Position numbers and translations under genes: made by a program
Shown here: piece by piece, positions 43,201 through 55,019 of the stretch
Position numbering within the stretch: the first letter of the stretch is position 1
Layout of the letters: each line of letters starts with the position of its first letter
NCBI GenBank assembly: GCA_030141605.1
Contig: JAQGDQ010000026.1
Span: 744,001-808,000 of the forward strand
Direction of reading: 5' to 3'
Length of the DNA: 64,000 nt
DNA from: Tubiluchus corallicola
Lineage: Eukaryota > Animalia > Priapulida
Notes under the pieces: model-generated
What the model saw: the letters and a program-made list of their open reading frames with translations, nothing else
Told to the model about the DNA's origin: nothing
Databases searched by the model: none

Positions 43201-46200
43201 ACTTACTACTAATTTCAATTGAAGTCATAATGGAATCGAAGAATAATTACTGAAAACTTTTACAGTTTAACAAAGTTACTAGTGCACATGTGTGGAATGT
43301 TTTAGAAGAATGAAGTCTCTTCATGGCTTTTCCCAAAACTATAATGCAAATCTCAAAATTCCCAGAATGTGCAGCAGTTGTCAGTGATTTGACACTACTA
43401 CTAAAAAGGGTGTAAATACTGTGTTAACCATGTTCATTTAAACCACAATCAGATGTGCTATTAAGTACTGTAGGAGCTTGACAAAACTGACTGTTTGAAT
43501 GAGAACAATTCAGAAAATTACCATTTTTAGTCAGCTGTATGAGGCCTGACGTGGGCAAATGATTGGAAAATTAATATGAAACTGATCTGACATTGCAAAT
43601 GTGACTAAAATGTACACAACACTTGCATCACAAGGTCTTCAAATGCACAAAGTACATTGCCTGTTGGAAAGAATAACAGTTTTACATGATGCAAGTTTAC
43701 CAAATTTTATTAGGAAATTTGCCCGTGTAAATCTCTTTTGTAACCTTACTCTCAGCAAATGTCAAATTCAACACAGGCTATTAAGAGTAGATGTAACTTT
43801 CTTCAATTTGGCAGTAGTAGTGTCTTAAGCACATTGCTTTACCATACGATTTAAATTATTTGATTAGAAAAAGCTCTTATTTTAGCTAGTACAGACTTTA
43901 GCTAGCTTGGCACCTAAGCTGGAAAGGTTGCCTTTTTGACTAATTTATTTTATTGTAACTCTCTCAAATAAAAACAAATATGAAGTTAACCGATGAAAGT
44001 AAAGCTGTTAAACATGTAGGAAACTAAGCTAAAAAGCTCTACAGGCTTGTTTCATTAAAGCTTAAAAAGTGTGAGAAACCCATTGACTAATACTACATTT
44101 GAAAGCAGGATATTTTTGCATGCACTTCAGTTATTTTTACAAGTTCATTTTGATTATTTAATATATGTCTTTGTTCTATTTTTCAGATTTTCTTTCGAAT
44201 TTGCTGAAATTACGCAAAGAAATATATTAAGTGAAACCAATGTGACTTGACAATTAGCTTTATTGCAGCTAACATCTACAAGATTATCTTTTAAAACAGA
44301 GGCGACATTAACTATTTTATATGTTCTTTGCTTTGTTTAATACTTCATTCAGTTTTAACACACTGACTATGGAACTTGGAATAAAACACTGAAGAGTGTA
44401 AACTTTCTTTGCTCTAGTTGCTGTTAGTTATTAGTTTTCGAACTATGCAAATAAACACCGTTCTTGCCAGTTAATCTATTGAGAAATGATGTACAGAACT
44501 TTGCAAAAAAGTATGTAAATGAAAATAAACTTCAACCTGCTTTGATGTTTACATCTAAGCCAGCATAAGTTAAGAACCAGTCACATACACTGACATTATA
44601 CTCTGACAAATCTAAAAAAATATGGAGCTGAAACATACTTCATACTCCCAAAGGGCACCTATACATAAATAAAAATGTTTTACACTGTAGCCCCAAAAAT
44701 GTGTATGATTATAATTTACTCACCTTAGTGTGGACGGTAAACTTCACTTTATCTCTTTCACTTAAAGCATCAGAGATATCCACCATTAGCGAAGTATCAG
44801 TGGTCAAATCAACTGTTTCCGACCGACCCTGAAATTACACGTACAACAAAGATTAAGCTCAACTGTACAGGATCATACTAGCTCATGCGAAGGATACATG
44901 ACAAAATGTTAAATAAATGACCACTGTTAAAATCCCAGCAAACTTACTTAGCCACGTAAAAAAACAAACAAAACCAACCACATACTAGATAAATCTAGCA
45001 ATAAAGGCTAACTTAACTAATCTAGCTTTCTGTGTTATATTCTGAGAAAGCTATAAATAAATCCAAAATTGTAATCTCAAGGTAGGAATCCCACTTGTAA
45101 AGAAATATGCCCTCATTAGTGCTCAGATTATGTCATTTTGTCCTGCGCAACAAAAAACGGCGGCTGCTCAAAATTTATAAAGGTGAATTAGCAGAACAAT
45201 AAAAACTCAAACAATACAAACAAAATTCTAGCAAAATAAATGCATTATTCTTGTTCATGGTAACATTTTATGCTGTAGAAGCTTATATTATTATAAGGGA
45301 ACCTTTACTTTGACTTTAATGCTTATAATTAGTTACTGCTGAACAATTCCATTTTTCAGTACAGGACTGTTTGTATGCTACACAAAAATTTAAAATTACA
45401 AACCTTTGCATCCTGTTCATTTTCATGGTCTTCAGAAAGGAGATCGGAAGTGTCTTCCATTCCGTCCTACACAAAAAAAGGAAAATTATAAAAAATAAAC
45501 AAATCCATAAAACTAAGCAAAGCTCATAGCTATTCCCATAAACCACATTCAGAACAAGTTACCGATTTTATGTAATTTGTTGCTTAAGCTAAGCTAAGAC
45601 ACTTGGTCAAATTGTATTCAGTGTACCTCTAATATGAATCATAATCATAATCACTAACACCCCTAACATTGAAGAATAGCTTGTCCTAACCTCTCAGACC
45701 TGCAAAGGCTAACTCATATACTTTTAGTCTGTGTTGTCTCAGGCCCGCAAATTAATAAATCAACCAATCTCATGCGCTTTCTTCAGCAAAGCTTATCTTT
45801 CTTCATTAAATAATTATAATTACAAAAAAATTTTGCAAAAAAAACACTGGCATCAGTAAAATTGTTACTTTAGAATATAATTCTTCATTGGGTCTTTATT
45901 CATTACTCTCATGCAGCTAGCAGCTGTTCCCAATAAATCTGGCTCTGCTATATGTAACTTTATGTAATACTAGATAAAAATAATGCCCATGTTAGTTATT
46001 TATTTGTTTACGTATGCCGTGACACTTTTGATCTTATTATCAGACCTAAAAAATTTTATAGGCCTAATCTACTTTTAGAACTCAAAAGACGAAATAAGTT
46101 AAGACTGCAGCTCAAAGTTCATAAAGATGAATATAGTGCAAAAAATCCTCTGTTTTCTTAGCCACACGGGTCTACAGGTCTACATAACCTAATTCAAAAC

Positions 46201-47463
46201 ATGAAGTGCATTAATGTTAAAAATATGATTAATGTCATACATTGAAAAAGATTACAATTCTCAAATTAGTTTTGATTTAGGGCTTTCAAATATTCCCAAA
46301 TGTAGAAAAATGGGTCAGTGGATGGGGCTCCCAGTTGCCAATGGTGGAGCTTGTAGCACTTCACATGATCACACCCTAAATGCTGTTGGAGTCTAACCCA
46401 TTTCTCTCTTTAATCCTATGCCTTGCAAGCAGCTCTGCAACATTTGCTTCTGCAAATGAGAAGGCTTGTCACCTTTCTTTTTGCCTTTTTATCTTCATAA
46501 GCCATTGCAGATGAGAACCACGCATGTTAAACCAATCATTTCCAGAGCAGATATAATAGCTGAACATAAGAATGTAATACTTGGAAAGCTTTAGAATAAT
46601 AAAGTCATTCAGGCTACTAGATTCGTACCTGCTGTTTCTCATTTACCATATGCTGCAAGACTTAAAGAGTCTGGGCCTTACAGCTCTGAAGTACAGACGC
46701 AAAAGACAAGACTTAATTCAAACATTTCGTATCCTTAAAGGTATAGAAACCATCAACAGCGAAATATTTTTCCATCGACAGATATACCATGGTACCAGAG
46801 GTCATTCCTACAAAATCAAGAAGAGAACAGTTCCCCAAAGGTAGAGTAGAAGGAGGTTCACATTTGCAAGGCGAGTAATTAATGAGTGGAACATGCTGCC
46901 TGACACTGTACTTCGAGCCTCCAATCCTGCCCAGTTTAAGTTTCATCTTGATAGGCACTGGAAATGCAATCCTGAAAAATATATAGACCCCAGGTTGCCA
47001 CAATGGCAACAGGAAACATTGTGCTATACTTCATGATCGCAGTATGACCACCTATTTTGTTCATTTTTTATATTAATAAAGTAAACAATGAAGAGTGTAT
47101 AGGTCCATAAGCTATTTGTGCTTAACCTCTATCCTTCGGCGGTAACGGTAAATCCTGTAACACCGAACGACCCCTAGAGTAGGTAAAATAAACTGAATAG
47201 GTTACGGTTTGAGGTACACTAACTCTTAAAGAATTTTTTCTTCCTGGCTATCAAATAGCGCCGAATTGCCGAAAGGGGAGTAATAATATAATGTACTTGA
47301 CCAATGGTGCTGAAGACGTGAAATAATTGGAGTCAGAGTACACTAAATCTACGAAATTTACCGAAGAAAAACATATAGTAGTGTTACAGTGAGTTTCGCG
47401 CATAAAAAATTATTTCTAAATCACAAAACACTTAAAAAAAGGCAATGAGACACCCACCATCAT
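31158..47463 (-). CDS. SNX6: Sorting nexin 6 (SNX5/6/32 family PX-BAR retromer/ESCPE-1 subunit), complete gene, 15 coding exons, 414 aa
   Basis: Exon lengths 6,63,105,111,122,124,96,106,76,40,87,96,64,86,63 sum to 1245 nt with consistent phases and GT-AG junctions. Hallmark peptides: [91 protein letters not shown]. Confidence 0.96.
31590..31675 (-). CDS. SNX6: SNX6 coding exon 14 ([29 protein letters not shown])
   Basis: ttttttgaaAG acceptor, AAA|GTAAGT donor, 86 nt. Confidence 0.94.
32381..32444 (-). CDS. SNX6: SNX6 coding exon 13 ([21 protein letters not shown])
   Basis: attttAG acceptor, TG|GTATGT donor, 64 nt. Confidence 0.9.
33130..33225 (-). CDS. SNX6: SNX6 coding exon 12 ([32 protein letters not shown])
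   Basis: tttttcAG acceptor, CAA|GTAAGT donor, 96 nt. Confidence 0.95.
33354..33440 (-). CDS. SNX6: SNX6 coding exon 11 ([29 protein letters not shown])
   Basis: gctAG acceptor, AAG|GTATGT donor, 87 nt. Confidence 0.95.
33669..33708 (-). CDS. SNX6: SNX6 coding exon 10 ([13 protein letters not shown])
   Basis: ttctAG acceptor, AGG|GTATGT donor, 40 nt; restores phase 0. Confidence 0.9.
34108..34183 (-). CDS. SNX6: SNX6 coding exon 9 ([26 protein letters not shown])
   Basis: cttgtAG acceptor, AA|GTATGT donor, 76 nt; phases match the neighbouring exons. Confidence 0.9.
35312..35417 (-). CDS. SNX6: SNX6 coding exon 8 ([35 protein letters not shown])
   Basis: tttttAG acceptor, G|GTGAGT donor, 106 nt; BAR domain. 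Confidence 0.94.
35986..36081 (-). CDS. SNX6: SNX6 coding exon 7 ([32 protein letters not shown])
   Basis: tttcAG acceptor, AAG|GTACCT donor, 96 nt. Confidence 0.95.
36850..36947. mobile_element. Possible hAT-like terminal remnant
   Basis: Ends in GCTAACTTTGCACCCTG (reverse complement CAGGGTGCAAAGTTAGC) with GGGACAGGCA/GGGGCAGGCAG subterminal motifs. No partner end found. Confidence 0.35.
37644..37767 (-). CDS. SNX6: SNX6 coding exon 6 ([24 protein letters not shown]...FLEYDQE)
   Basis: attttAG acceptor, GAG|GTAAAA donor, 124 nt. Confidence 0.96.
38340..38539. mobile_element. Right end of a hAT-like DNA transposon remnant
   Basis: Ends in GGTGCATCCCTG (reverse complement CAGGGATGCACC, an hAT/Ac-type terminus), preceded by many AATTCGGTT/TTCGG subterminal motifs. 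No matching left TIR seen. Confidence 0.55.
38700..38820. repeat. Degenerate ~40-bp tandem repeat (AAACCATTTGGTTTCAGTGTTCAC core), probably transposon-internal
   Basis: About three diverged copies are visible. Confidence 0.6.
39040..39161 (-). CDS. SNX6: SNX6 coding exon 5 ([41 protein letters not shown])
   Basis: ttctAG acceptor, GC|GTGAGT donor, 122 nt; encodes the SNX5/6-specific PX helical hairpin insert. Confidence 0.96.
39804..39914 (-). CDS. SNX6: SNX6 coding exon 4 ([37 protein letters not shown])
   Basis: ttttttaAG acceptor, GTG|GTAAAC donor, 111 nt. Confidence 0.95.
41862..42330 (-). mobile_element. L2/Crack-like LINE 3' end in SNX6 intron 3
   Basis: On the minus strand: a hairpin AAGGGTAGC...GACCAATTGGTC...GCTACCCTT, a T-rich tract, AATAAA and an (ATGTCT)3 tail. 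Upstream is a decayed peptide resembling an L2-group ORF2 end ([13 protein letters not shown]). Confidence 0.6.
44724..44828 (-). CDS. SNX6: SNX6 coding exon 3 (GRSETVDL...VKFTVHTK)
   Basis: tttcAG acceptor, AAG|GTGAGT donor, 105 nt, start of the PX domain. Confidence 0.95.
45404..45466 (-). CDS. SNX6: SNX6 coding exon 2 ([21 protein letters not shown])
   Basis: Polypyrimidine tract ...tttttgtgtAG acceptor, AAG|GTTTGT donor, 63 nt, phase 0-0. Confidence 0.85.
46655..47155 (+). mobile_element. CR1-type LINE 3' fragment in SNX6 intron 1 (antisense to the gene)
   Basis: One frame reads [27 protein letters not shown]...[10 protein letters not shown]...[39 protein letters not shown], a classic CR1 ORF2 C-terminus. 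It has a single in-frame TAG (46842-46844) and ends at TGA 47034-47036. A 3' stem-loop-like segment lies at about 47090-47137. Confidence 0.85.
47458..47463 (-). CDS. SNX6: SNX6 coding exon 1 (MM)
   Basis: GCAGCC-ATGATG|GTGGGT: Kozak-like context and a phase-0 donor. Joins exon 2 to give [14 protein letters not shown], like SNX6 MMEGLDDGPDFLSE. Confidence 0.8.
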
Positions 47464-47949
47464 GGCTGCAAAAATTGCAATGTCAGCAATAGAAGAAGGC
47501 TTCGCAGCAAAGAGAGCTGTCGTTCAATTTATTGCCTGAAATTTTTGTATCAGTGTACCATATCTTATAAATTTTGTCTATGAAAATAACTTTATACACA
47601 GTCTATTGTATTTTTTTCGGCTTATGTAGTATTTAACGTGCATTGCTTTGCCAACGTACATTGTATGTATTTGAGCAAATAAAACTTAATTGAAACTGAA
47701 TTGAAATTCAACGACCAGTACAACGGAGAGTACATTGTGTCAGGCTCGTGACTTTGTCTAGCCTTGCCGTCTTGTCTTCGTGCCTGCTTAACATAAAATA
47801 ATCAAACTAGTTTCACACTATATATATATATATTTATTTATTTATAATTCATATACATTACTATGATCATTTGTTAGTTTTTTTGCTTTGATAAATCACC
47901 ATTAAATTTAATTATTTGTTTGATTTATAATTAATTTTTAGCTTTTTGT

Positions 47950-48140
47950 ACTCATTTAATTTATATTATGTTGCAGACTGTTTGGCAGTATCCTTTAACT
48001 ATTCAAAAAACCTATGTGGGGTGGCTGATCCGATTACATGTGTTTGTTATCGCCCCTTCCCATCCACTTTGGTCATAAGTTGTATTTATTTATATATTGT
48101 TTTTTTGTTTGGGATAAAAATAAATCATTTGATTTGATTT
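47950..48140 (+). mobile_element. LINE (L2-group-like) 3' UTR remnant
   Basis: GC-rich hairpin-like segment (GTGGGGTGGC...GCCCCTTCCCATCCAC), a T-rich tract, AATAAA and an (ATTTG)n tail. Confidence 0.45.
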
Positions 48141-49383
48141 ATAGCCTAGTGTATGCTGTTGTTTGCGAAACCAAGTAAAAAATGTTGGCCTACATGTATC
48201 CACTTCTTTTTCCTCTTCTTGAGCAGGGCTTCACAATAGCGATCCACATTTTCAACTATTGACTATAGTTATGTAAATTATATTGTTACCATAATTATAA
48301 TAGATTTACACATAATTATGCATTATTTGCAGTCATCATAATTACAACAAGCTTGAAGGTCATTTTATTCTAATGCAGTGATATTGTACGTACATTTACT
48401 TTGGTACCACGTTGTGCAAAATAAACAATTTAATCACAGCTCATCCCGTTGACCATAGTAAGTTAACGAAAGTTACATATGAATGATCGATTCATTTATA
48501 TAAAATGCGTCACACATTACAGTCATAATTCATATCTCTTTAAAAATATATTTATTACAAGAACAATAGTGTTACTTATACAATAAAATATATAATTATA
48601 AGATTAAATATAGACAAAAAAATTAAATTGGAAATTACGTTATAGAAATAGTTTACTCAAAAATAATGTAGGCCTAAATGCGTTTTATATTACCACCTCA
48701 GACGTTACTTTCGATACTTTCAAAACGGCATCAGCCTATTACATGATGCACTCATTTATCACATACTTTTGCGATATTATGCGTTAGAGTATTTTGCTAA
48801 TTTATCCCATTTGCAGTATTAGGCCTATATCACCTTTTGTGGGTCTGCAAACTACACAGCACTAAAATCAGTTCAGTCATTATAAATAAAATGATCAAAG
48901 GAAAGCATTCAGGTAAGAACAGGAGCTATGTCCCATATGTTATTGACTCCGGATATTAAAAACTTGCATATGTTTGCAAACGAAAGTTAATGAAACAGTA
49001 CACCATAAAATCATCTTGAGTTTAAAGACAGCTTATGTTGTAATCATGACTGCAAAAATATTTTTGTAACTGCAAATTACCCGAGTGTTGGTTACCCGAT
49101 ATATCAGTCTGTCATCTTATACGTCTGTTGGAGAAGTCATTTCAGGAAAATGCTCAGGTAAAAATCGCGTACCTCGTTAAGTTCGCTGACAAACCATCAT
49201 CAATCAATGGCACCCTGTTTTTTACTTTTGATTTATTCTAGTAGAAGCAAAGTGTATATTACGGTGGATTTACACAATCAATAGACAAGTGTGAATGTTT
49301 ACTAAGTTTATTGACCCCATAAAATTATCACTAAAACCAAGTAAAATATGCAATCAAAAAATACATGCAATCAAAACCAACAA

Positions 49384-49454
49384 ATACATATACATACATA
49401 CATACATACATACATACATACATACATACATACATACATACATACATACATACA

Positions 49455-49488
<34 letters not shown>

Positions 49489-50189
49489 CATACATACATA
49501 CATACATACATACATACATACATACATACATACATACATACATACATACATACATACATACATACATACATACATACATACATACATACATACATACATA
49601 CATACATACATACATACATACATGCATACATACATACATACATACATACATACATACATACATACATACATACATACATACATACATACATACATTCATA
49701 CATACATACATACATACATACATACATACATACATACATACATACATACATACATACATACATACATACATACATACATACATACATACATACATACATA
49801 CATTCATACATACATACATACATACATACATACATACATACATACATACATACATACATACATACATACATACATACATACATACATACATACATACATA
49901 CATACATACATACATACATACATACATACATACATACATACACACATACATACACACATACATACACACATGCATACACACATGCATACACACATACATA
50001 CACACATACATACACACATACATACACACATACATACACACATACATACACACATACATACACACATACATACATACATACATACATACATACATACATA
50101 CATACATACATACATACATACATACATACATACATACATACATACATACATACATACATACATACATACATACATACATACATACATAC
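49384..50189. repeat. (TACA)n tetranucleotide array, ~805 bp
   Basis: Directly visible; a 12-bp variant block (CATACACACATA) lies at about 49935-50070. Confidence 0.99.
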
Positions 50190-52198
50190 TATATTCTGAG
50201 ACAATCCAGGTTGTGCTCAATATATTGTTAATGTTGGTCTGCATATTGTAACACATAAAACCTCAATAAAAATGACGAACAATCTGGTGCAGCTTGATTA
50301 TTTTATTTTACTGTGCTCAAAAAGTCCAGCATCATAAGGCACAAGAGCGCAAAGAGAGGGGAAACTTCAACATAAATTGCAGAACATAGTCTTAACAGAA
50401 CTCACAAACTGCGTTATGAAATTTACCAGCAGACTATGACATTTCACTGCAAAAACCCGAACTACTACTGTTCACAGCAAAATCTTATAATAGACAAAAC
50501 AATCTCAGTAACTCTAGTCTAAATCAATTGAATCCCAGTAAGTGGGATTCTGCTGAATAGTACCTGAATGGTACAGTAAACAGCTAAAGGTACAGCTTAA
50601 GGAATTGGTAAATTATTTTTCAGCACATGGCAACACATCCTAAAATATTAACAGTTTCTGCTAGTATAGATACTAAGTCAAGAAACAACATTAATCATTA
50701 CCCCGCGTAACAAACCACAGATTATTAAATTGTTCCCATAACAATACACAAACATACATACATACACACACAAATTATGAAACAATGCTACTAGCTGACA
50801 AATTACAAATACACAACAGCATTTGGTCACTACTGCGCTAGACACGAGATCATTACAAAGTTTCCAAGAAATAACAGGTAGTATGTGAGTATTGATAATT
50901 AAAATAAAAGTCCAAAACTGAATAAACTGAGCTCATAGAACCTAATGGAAAAATTAATTAAAGCGATTAAGAAAGTTATAAATATAAGAGCAACCGAGAG
51001 ATAAGCCCAAGTTAGAGTCATCTTTTAAATCAACTGTAAGTCTTCACCTACACAACAAATGATTCTCATTTTGAATGCTCGAACGGTCGCATATGTAATG
51101 ACGTTGTTCTGTGGGTGTTCTAGCCCTTCGACCAGACTCAACTAATAAATTATATAATGCTGACCTACATCTCGTAAAGGCTATCTTATGCTTTTCGGGT
51201 GCTTCTACAAAACAACTAGTGTAAATTGAGCTTAAATTTAAACCATCATTTATTGATCTATAAATGTAGGACTTGGACCCTCAAACATCTTTTATAATAT
51301 AGTATCAAACAGAATCCCACAAAAACCAATACTATTCTGCAGTGGTAGCGACCGCCGTAGACTACTAGCCTTGCTGCGAAGCCACTGTCTGGAGTTTGTT
51401 GGGCGGATCCCTCTTTAAAATAAAATTATAATTTGTGTAACCCTTTTTGCCCGACCAAGGAATTGCCAGCGACTACCCTATATCAGTCTAGTCGTTTCTA
51501 ACTATGCGTGTGCCATTTCTGCGATATTTAAATATAACGGCAAAACACTTAGCGTGCTGTGCTTATTTTACTGCTAAAAATATAACAAATAAACGGACAA
51601 AATATTGTTTATAAAGCATAAAGTTGATTGAAACTATCGTTGTATAGAAATTTCAAGCGTGGGGTAGCCACCATTCGCTTGACAAGTATGACGTAATTGG
51701 TGTACTTCTGCAGCTTACGTAATGTTTGTGCAAAAATATTACAATTTCAGCTAATTTTATCTAACGTTTGTGCGAAACTTATTATACTTTTGACGGAAAT
51801 TAACGGTGCGCTACTTTTGTTCAGTCGATGAGACTTCATTGGTGGAACAATGGGCATTCAAAAAGGGAGCAACCAAGCATGAAGTGGTGCCGGAACTTTT
51901 TTGATTTTACTAATCACGCGAGACGTTTACCACACTTTTATGATTAAATATAAAATAGACATATTCACTTTTCTGTGTCGAAATATAAAACATGCTTACT
52001 CACTTATTTTGGCTAGGTTTTCTGCACTAGGGTGGTCACGCAATCTTTTGCTCCTTGTCCGCCCAGGACTTTACTCCAAGCAATCTTGGTTTGCCATGTA
52101 GAGAAGCTGGTTGCCTCTCTGGGATTTACTTTTCTGTGTTTTCTGTTTAGTGAGTCTCACTGTGTGTAATCGCGTAAAAATCCTGCTCAATAGTTAGA

Positions 52199-52325
52199 TT
52201 AAGGTGTCCCTATTTTGTAGAATTTCACAGCACCCCTGTGTAAGGCACTTTAGGTTAGGTTAGGGTAAGGTTAAGGTCTAGAACTTCAAATAAGAACCGT
52301 GGGTGTTAAGTACAATGCACCTAAA
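52199..52325. mobile_element. Small non-autonomous element with internal TTAGG-like repeats
   Basis: Imperfect inverted ends (TAAGGTG...CACC / GGTG...GCACCTAA) enclosing TTAGGTTAGGTTAGGGTAAGGTTAAGG. Confidence 0.4.
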
Positions 52326-54403
52326 ACTGAACTAGAATTAATATGTGGGCTACAGTTCTCGTCTATAATTTTCAACAAATTTTTAATGAAAGCTATAGAC
52401 AAACCAGAGCATGACGTATTGGCCTGAAATTCAACATATTGATCAGGTGCGAAGTCTAGGCAAATTTTTAAATAATTTTTTGCCTAATCATATAACAAAA
52501 GCTAAATCGATTTTAGCGACAGCAAAGGACATAGGAACTGCCCGAAATGATAGGTTGGGGTCAGCGATTTCGGCAGTGCAAATTTCAAATATAATGGAAA
52601 TGAAGCTGACAATTACGTCACAGCCTTATACAGTACAAAAATACGACACATGTTGTAAAGGAACTAATTCAAAAATTTTTATAGTAAATTGACTATACAG
52701 GCGTGCCTATTTATGCATGAATAACTAGAATTAGTATTACATTAGTGCAGATCTAAACTGCGAGGAATTTAGATATGTATATAACGTAAAAATTAATTTG
52801 ACATTTCTATACCCATGTGCGCTGCAAATAGACTTGTTGTGTAATTTTGGGTAAGATTTTATAATTAATTAATAATTCGTACCTCTACAAAATTGACTTG
52901 GTGGTAAAAACTACATCCAGATCGTGACAGCAATACAATTTTGTTTTGTACAAAATAAAAGAACATCAAGCAGTCATATTGGGCTAAAAACTCAATTAAA
53001 GTTGCTATTTCTTTAAGATCGTTTTGTTTTCTAAACACTTGTGGTTTTACATTCAGTTTAAAAAAATCGACAAAATAACAAGAGACACTTCAACACGATA
53101 TAATTACCTGTTTAAGCTAAGCTTACTTTTCATCAGAGCTATGAGAAAATAGCTACAGTTACAATGGACAGAAGTCTATATACACATCAAAGGCATATCA
53201 TACTAACACGAATTTTTTTACTTTAACGGTTTTTATTTAAAAAAAACAAGAGATCTACTTTGAAATTTACATGTTAAGATTATCTAAGAACCACCTCCTT
53301 TGTTGGGCTCACACGTGATAATTTTTTGTGTTTAGAATTCCTTGGAGGCAGAGCGCGTGAAAAGTGCTGAAATTTTTAACATTGGATTAAATGGCCTAAT
53401 TGGGTTTTTTCTGTTTATGTGGATGCGTAAGAGTAACTACATCTTAACTGTTAGTAATTGCAGCAGTTGCAAATTAAAATAGCCTGATTGAAAAGAGTAC
53501 GTCACCTAACGCCATTGTACAAGCAGGTGCTCGTACAGTAACTGCCTTGTTTTGTGTTTTCATTTGTGTATGTTGTAAATACTTATTTCTAACGGCACGG
53601 GGATTTGGTTTGTAAGGCATACGTCTGTATACTAATTCACTGTGCTTTCCCATAAATATGAGTTATGTTGTAATATAATCAAAAAACATGTGGCATAAAA
53701 ATCTAGTATACATATATATATATATATCGAAGGCTTTTAAAGTTATTTTTTAAAGCGGCGATAAAAAACATAGTTTAGCGTGTGATAAAAACACATACAA
53801 AAACACAACATATAGAGGATCCAGTTAAGCCTCGAAACCCGGTGCAGCATGCTAACTGTTGACGACAGCTTGCTTTAACGCAGAGTTTCTTGTGATTTGG
53901 TTTTTCGCGTGCGTGATGCTTCACTCTTTTGGTTAGTTAAAATGTAGTGTCGAAAAAAGTGGTGTTTTCGTTGGCTCTGGAGTCATGTCGACACGGCGCG
54001 TTTGCAGCGTTAGTTTTGTAACTAGGTGGACATAGCTCTTACTTTTGTTTTATGTGCAATCTTTTCGATTATTTTTGGTTTATTTCAACGGATACTTGCT
54101 TACTTGTGGATATTCTAGTCGGTTTGGGCGAAGTAAGCTACCATTGTATGGGTTATGACAATATAGCGGTGTCATATAGCTAAACCCAGTGAAGCAAGAT
54201 AACTGCTGATGACTGTTTGCCTTCACTAGAGAATTTGTATTGCCTTGAGAATTCTTTTGTAATTTATAACAATTTCGAATAAAAGAGAAACAAAAACAAC
54301 AGTCTGTCTGTCTGTTAAAATTTTCATTGTTCACAATGTGTATGAATTAAGGCCTACATTGCAACAACTTCACACTATACAGATTACATTCGCTAATTTG
54401 CAC

Positions 54404-54607
54404 TATTATAGCACCTCCTAGTTTTTTTCTAGGCTACTACATATACGTTTACAGGCCTGTGGGTTATAAAACAAACTAAGAAGCCTAATGTAATTTAATT
54501 TTGAGTTAATTTCTTATTTTTGCGCCAACGTTCCCATAACTTTTAGGTTAGCATTCTCAATCATAAACTTAGAATCTCGAAAAAAACTAGGAGTGCAAGA
54601 GTATAAT
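54404..54607. mobile_element. MITE-like element (~200 bp) with terminal inverted repeats
   Basis: Perfect 15-bp inverted repeat CTCCTAGTTTTTTTC (54415-54429) / GAAAAAAACTAGGAG (54579-54593), extendable outward with indels (ATTATA..GCAC / GTGC..TATAAT). Confidence 0.6.
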
Positions 54608-55019
54608 CGGGTCATTTCACACTGTATGCTGTTTGCCTAATACGCGTTCAGAACCTACTCTACAAACGAGTGAAGTCATGAAACTTTCCTGCTTCAGCAA
54701 AAAAAGTTGAACACAATTTGTGATTACTGTACATATCAACTCTTGTGTTATCACGCATTGGTACTATTTCACTTCACCCAACAGTTATTAACTGTACTAC
54801 ATCAACTATAACCGGTCTTTTCGTGCAGACCCTTTCTTTTCAACTTGAAAAAACTTTCAAGTGCTGCTACATTAATCTACGGAGGTCTCCTCAATCTCAC
54901 AGTAGCTCTTAAACAACCCGCGAAATTAAGGCCAGTGTATCAGGCTAATAGGTATTCCATACTATTAAGCCTATACTATTTCATTGTAAGGCTATGTTAG
55001 CCTATAATACGTTATACTG

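Noticed and set aside
43290-43320. miR-1-like sequence TGGAATGT...GAAG (also miR-9-like at ~63207 and miR-219-like at ~36354)
   Set aside because: Only seed-level similarity and no complementary star arm, so no pre-miRNA hairpin.
49295-50256. Long HTYI/MYVC ORFs in all six frames
   Set aside because: Artefact of the stop-free (TACA)n array.
52245-52280. Interstitial telomere
   Set aside because: Only about five imperfect TTAGG units, enclosed by inverted ends; better explained as part of a small mobile element.
53810-53850. Hammerhead-like GAGG...CCTCGAAAC stem (similar partial pattern at ~36205-36240)
   Set aside because: The catalytic CTGANGA box and flanking helices are missing.
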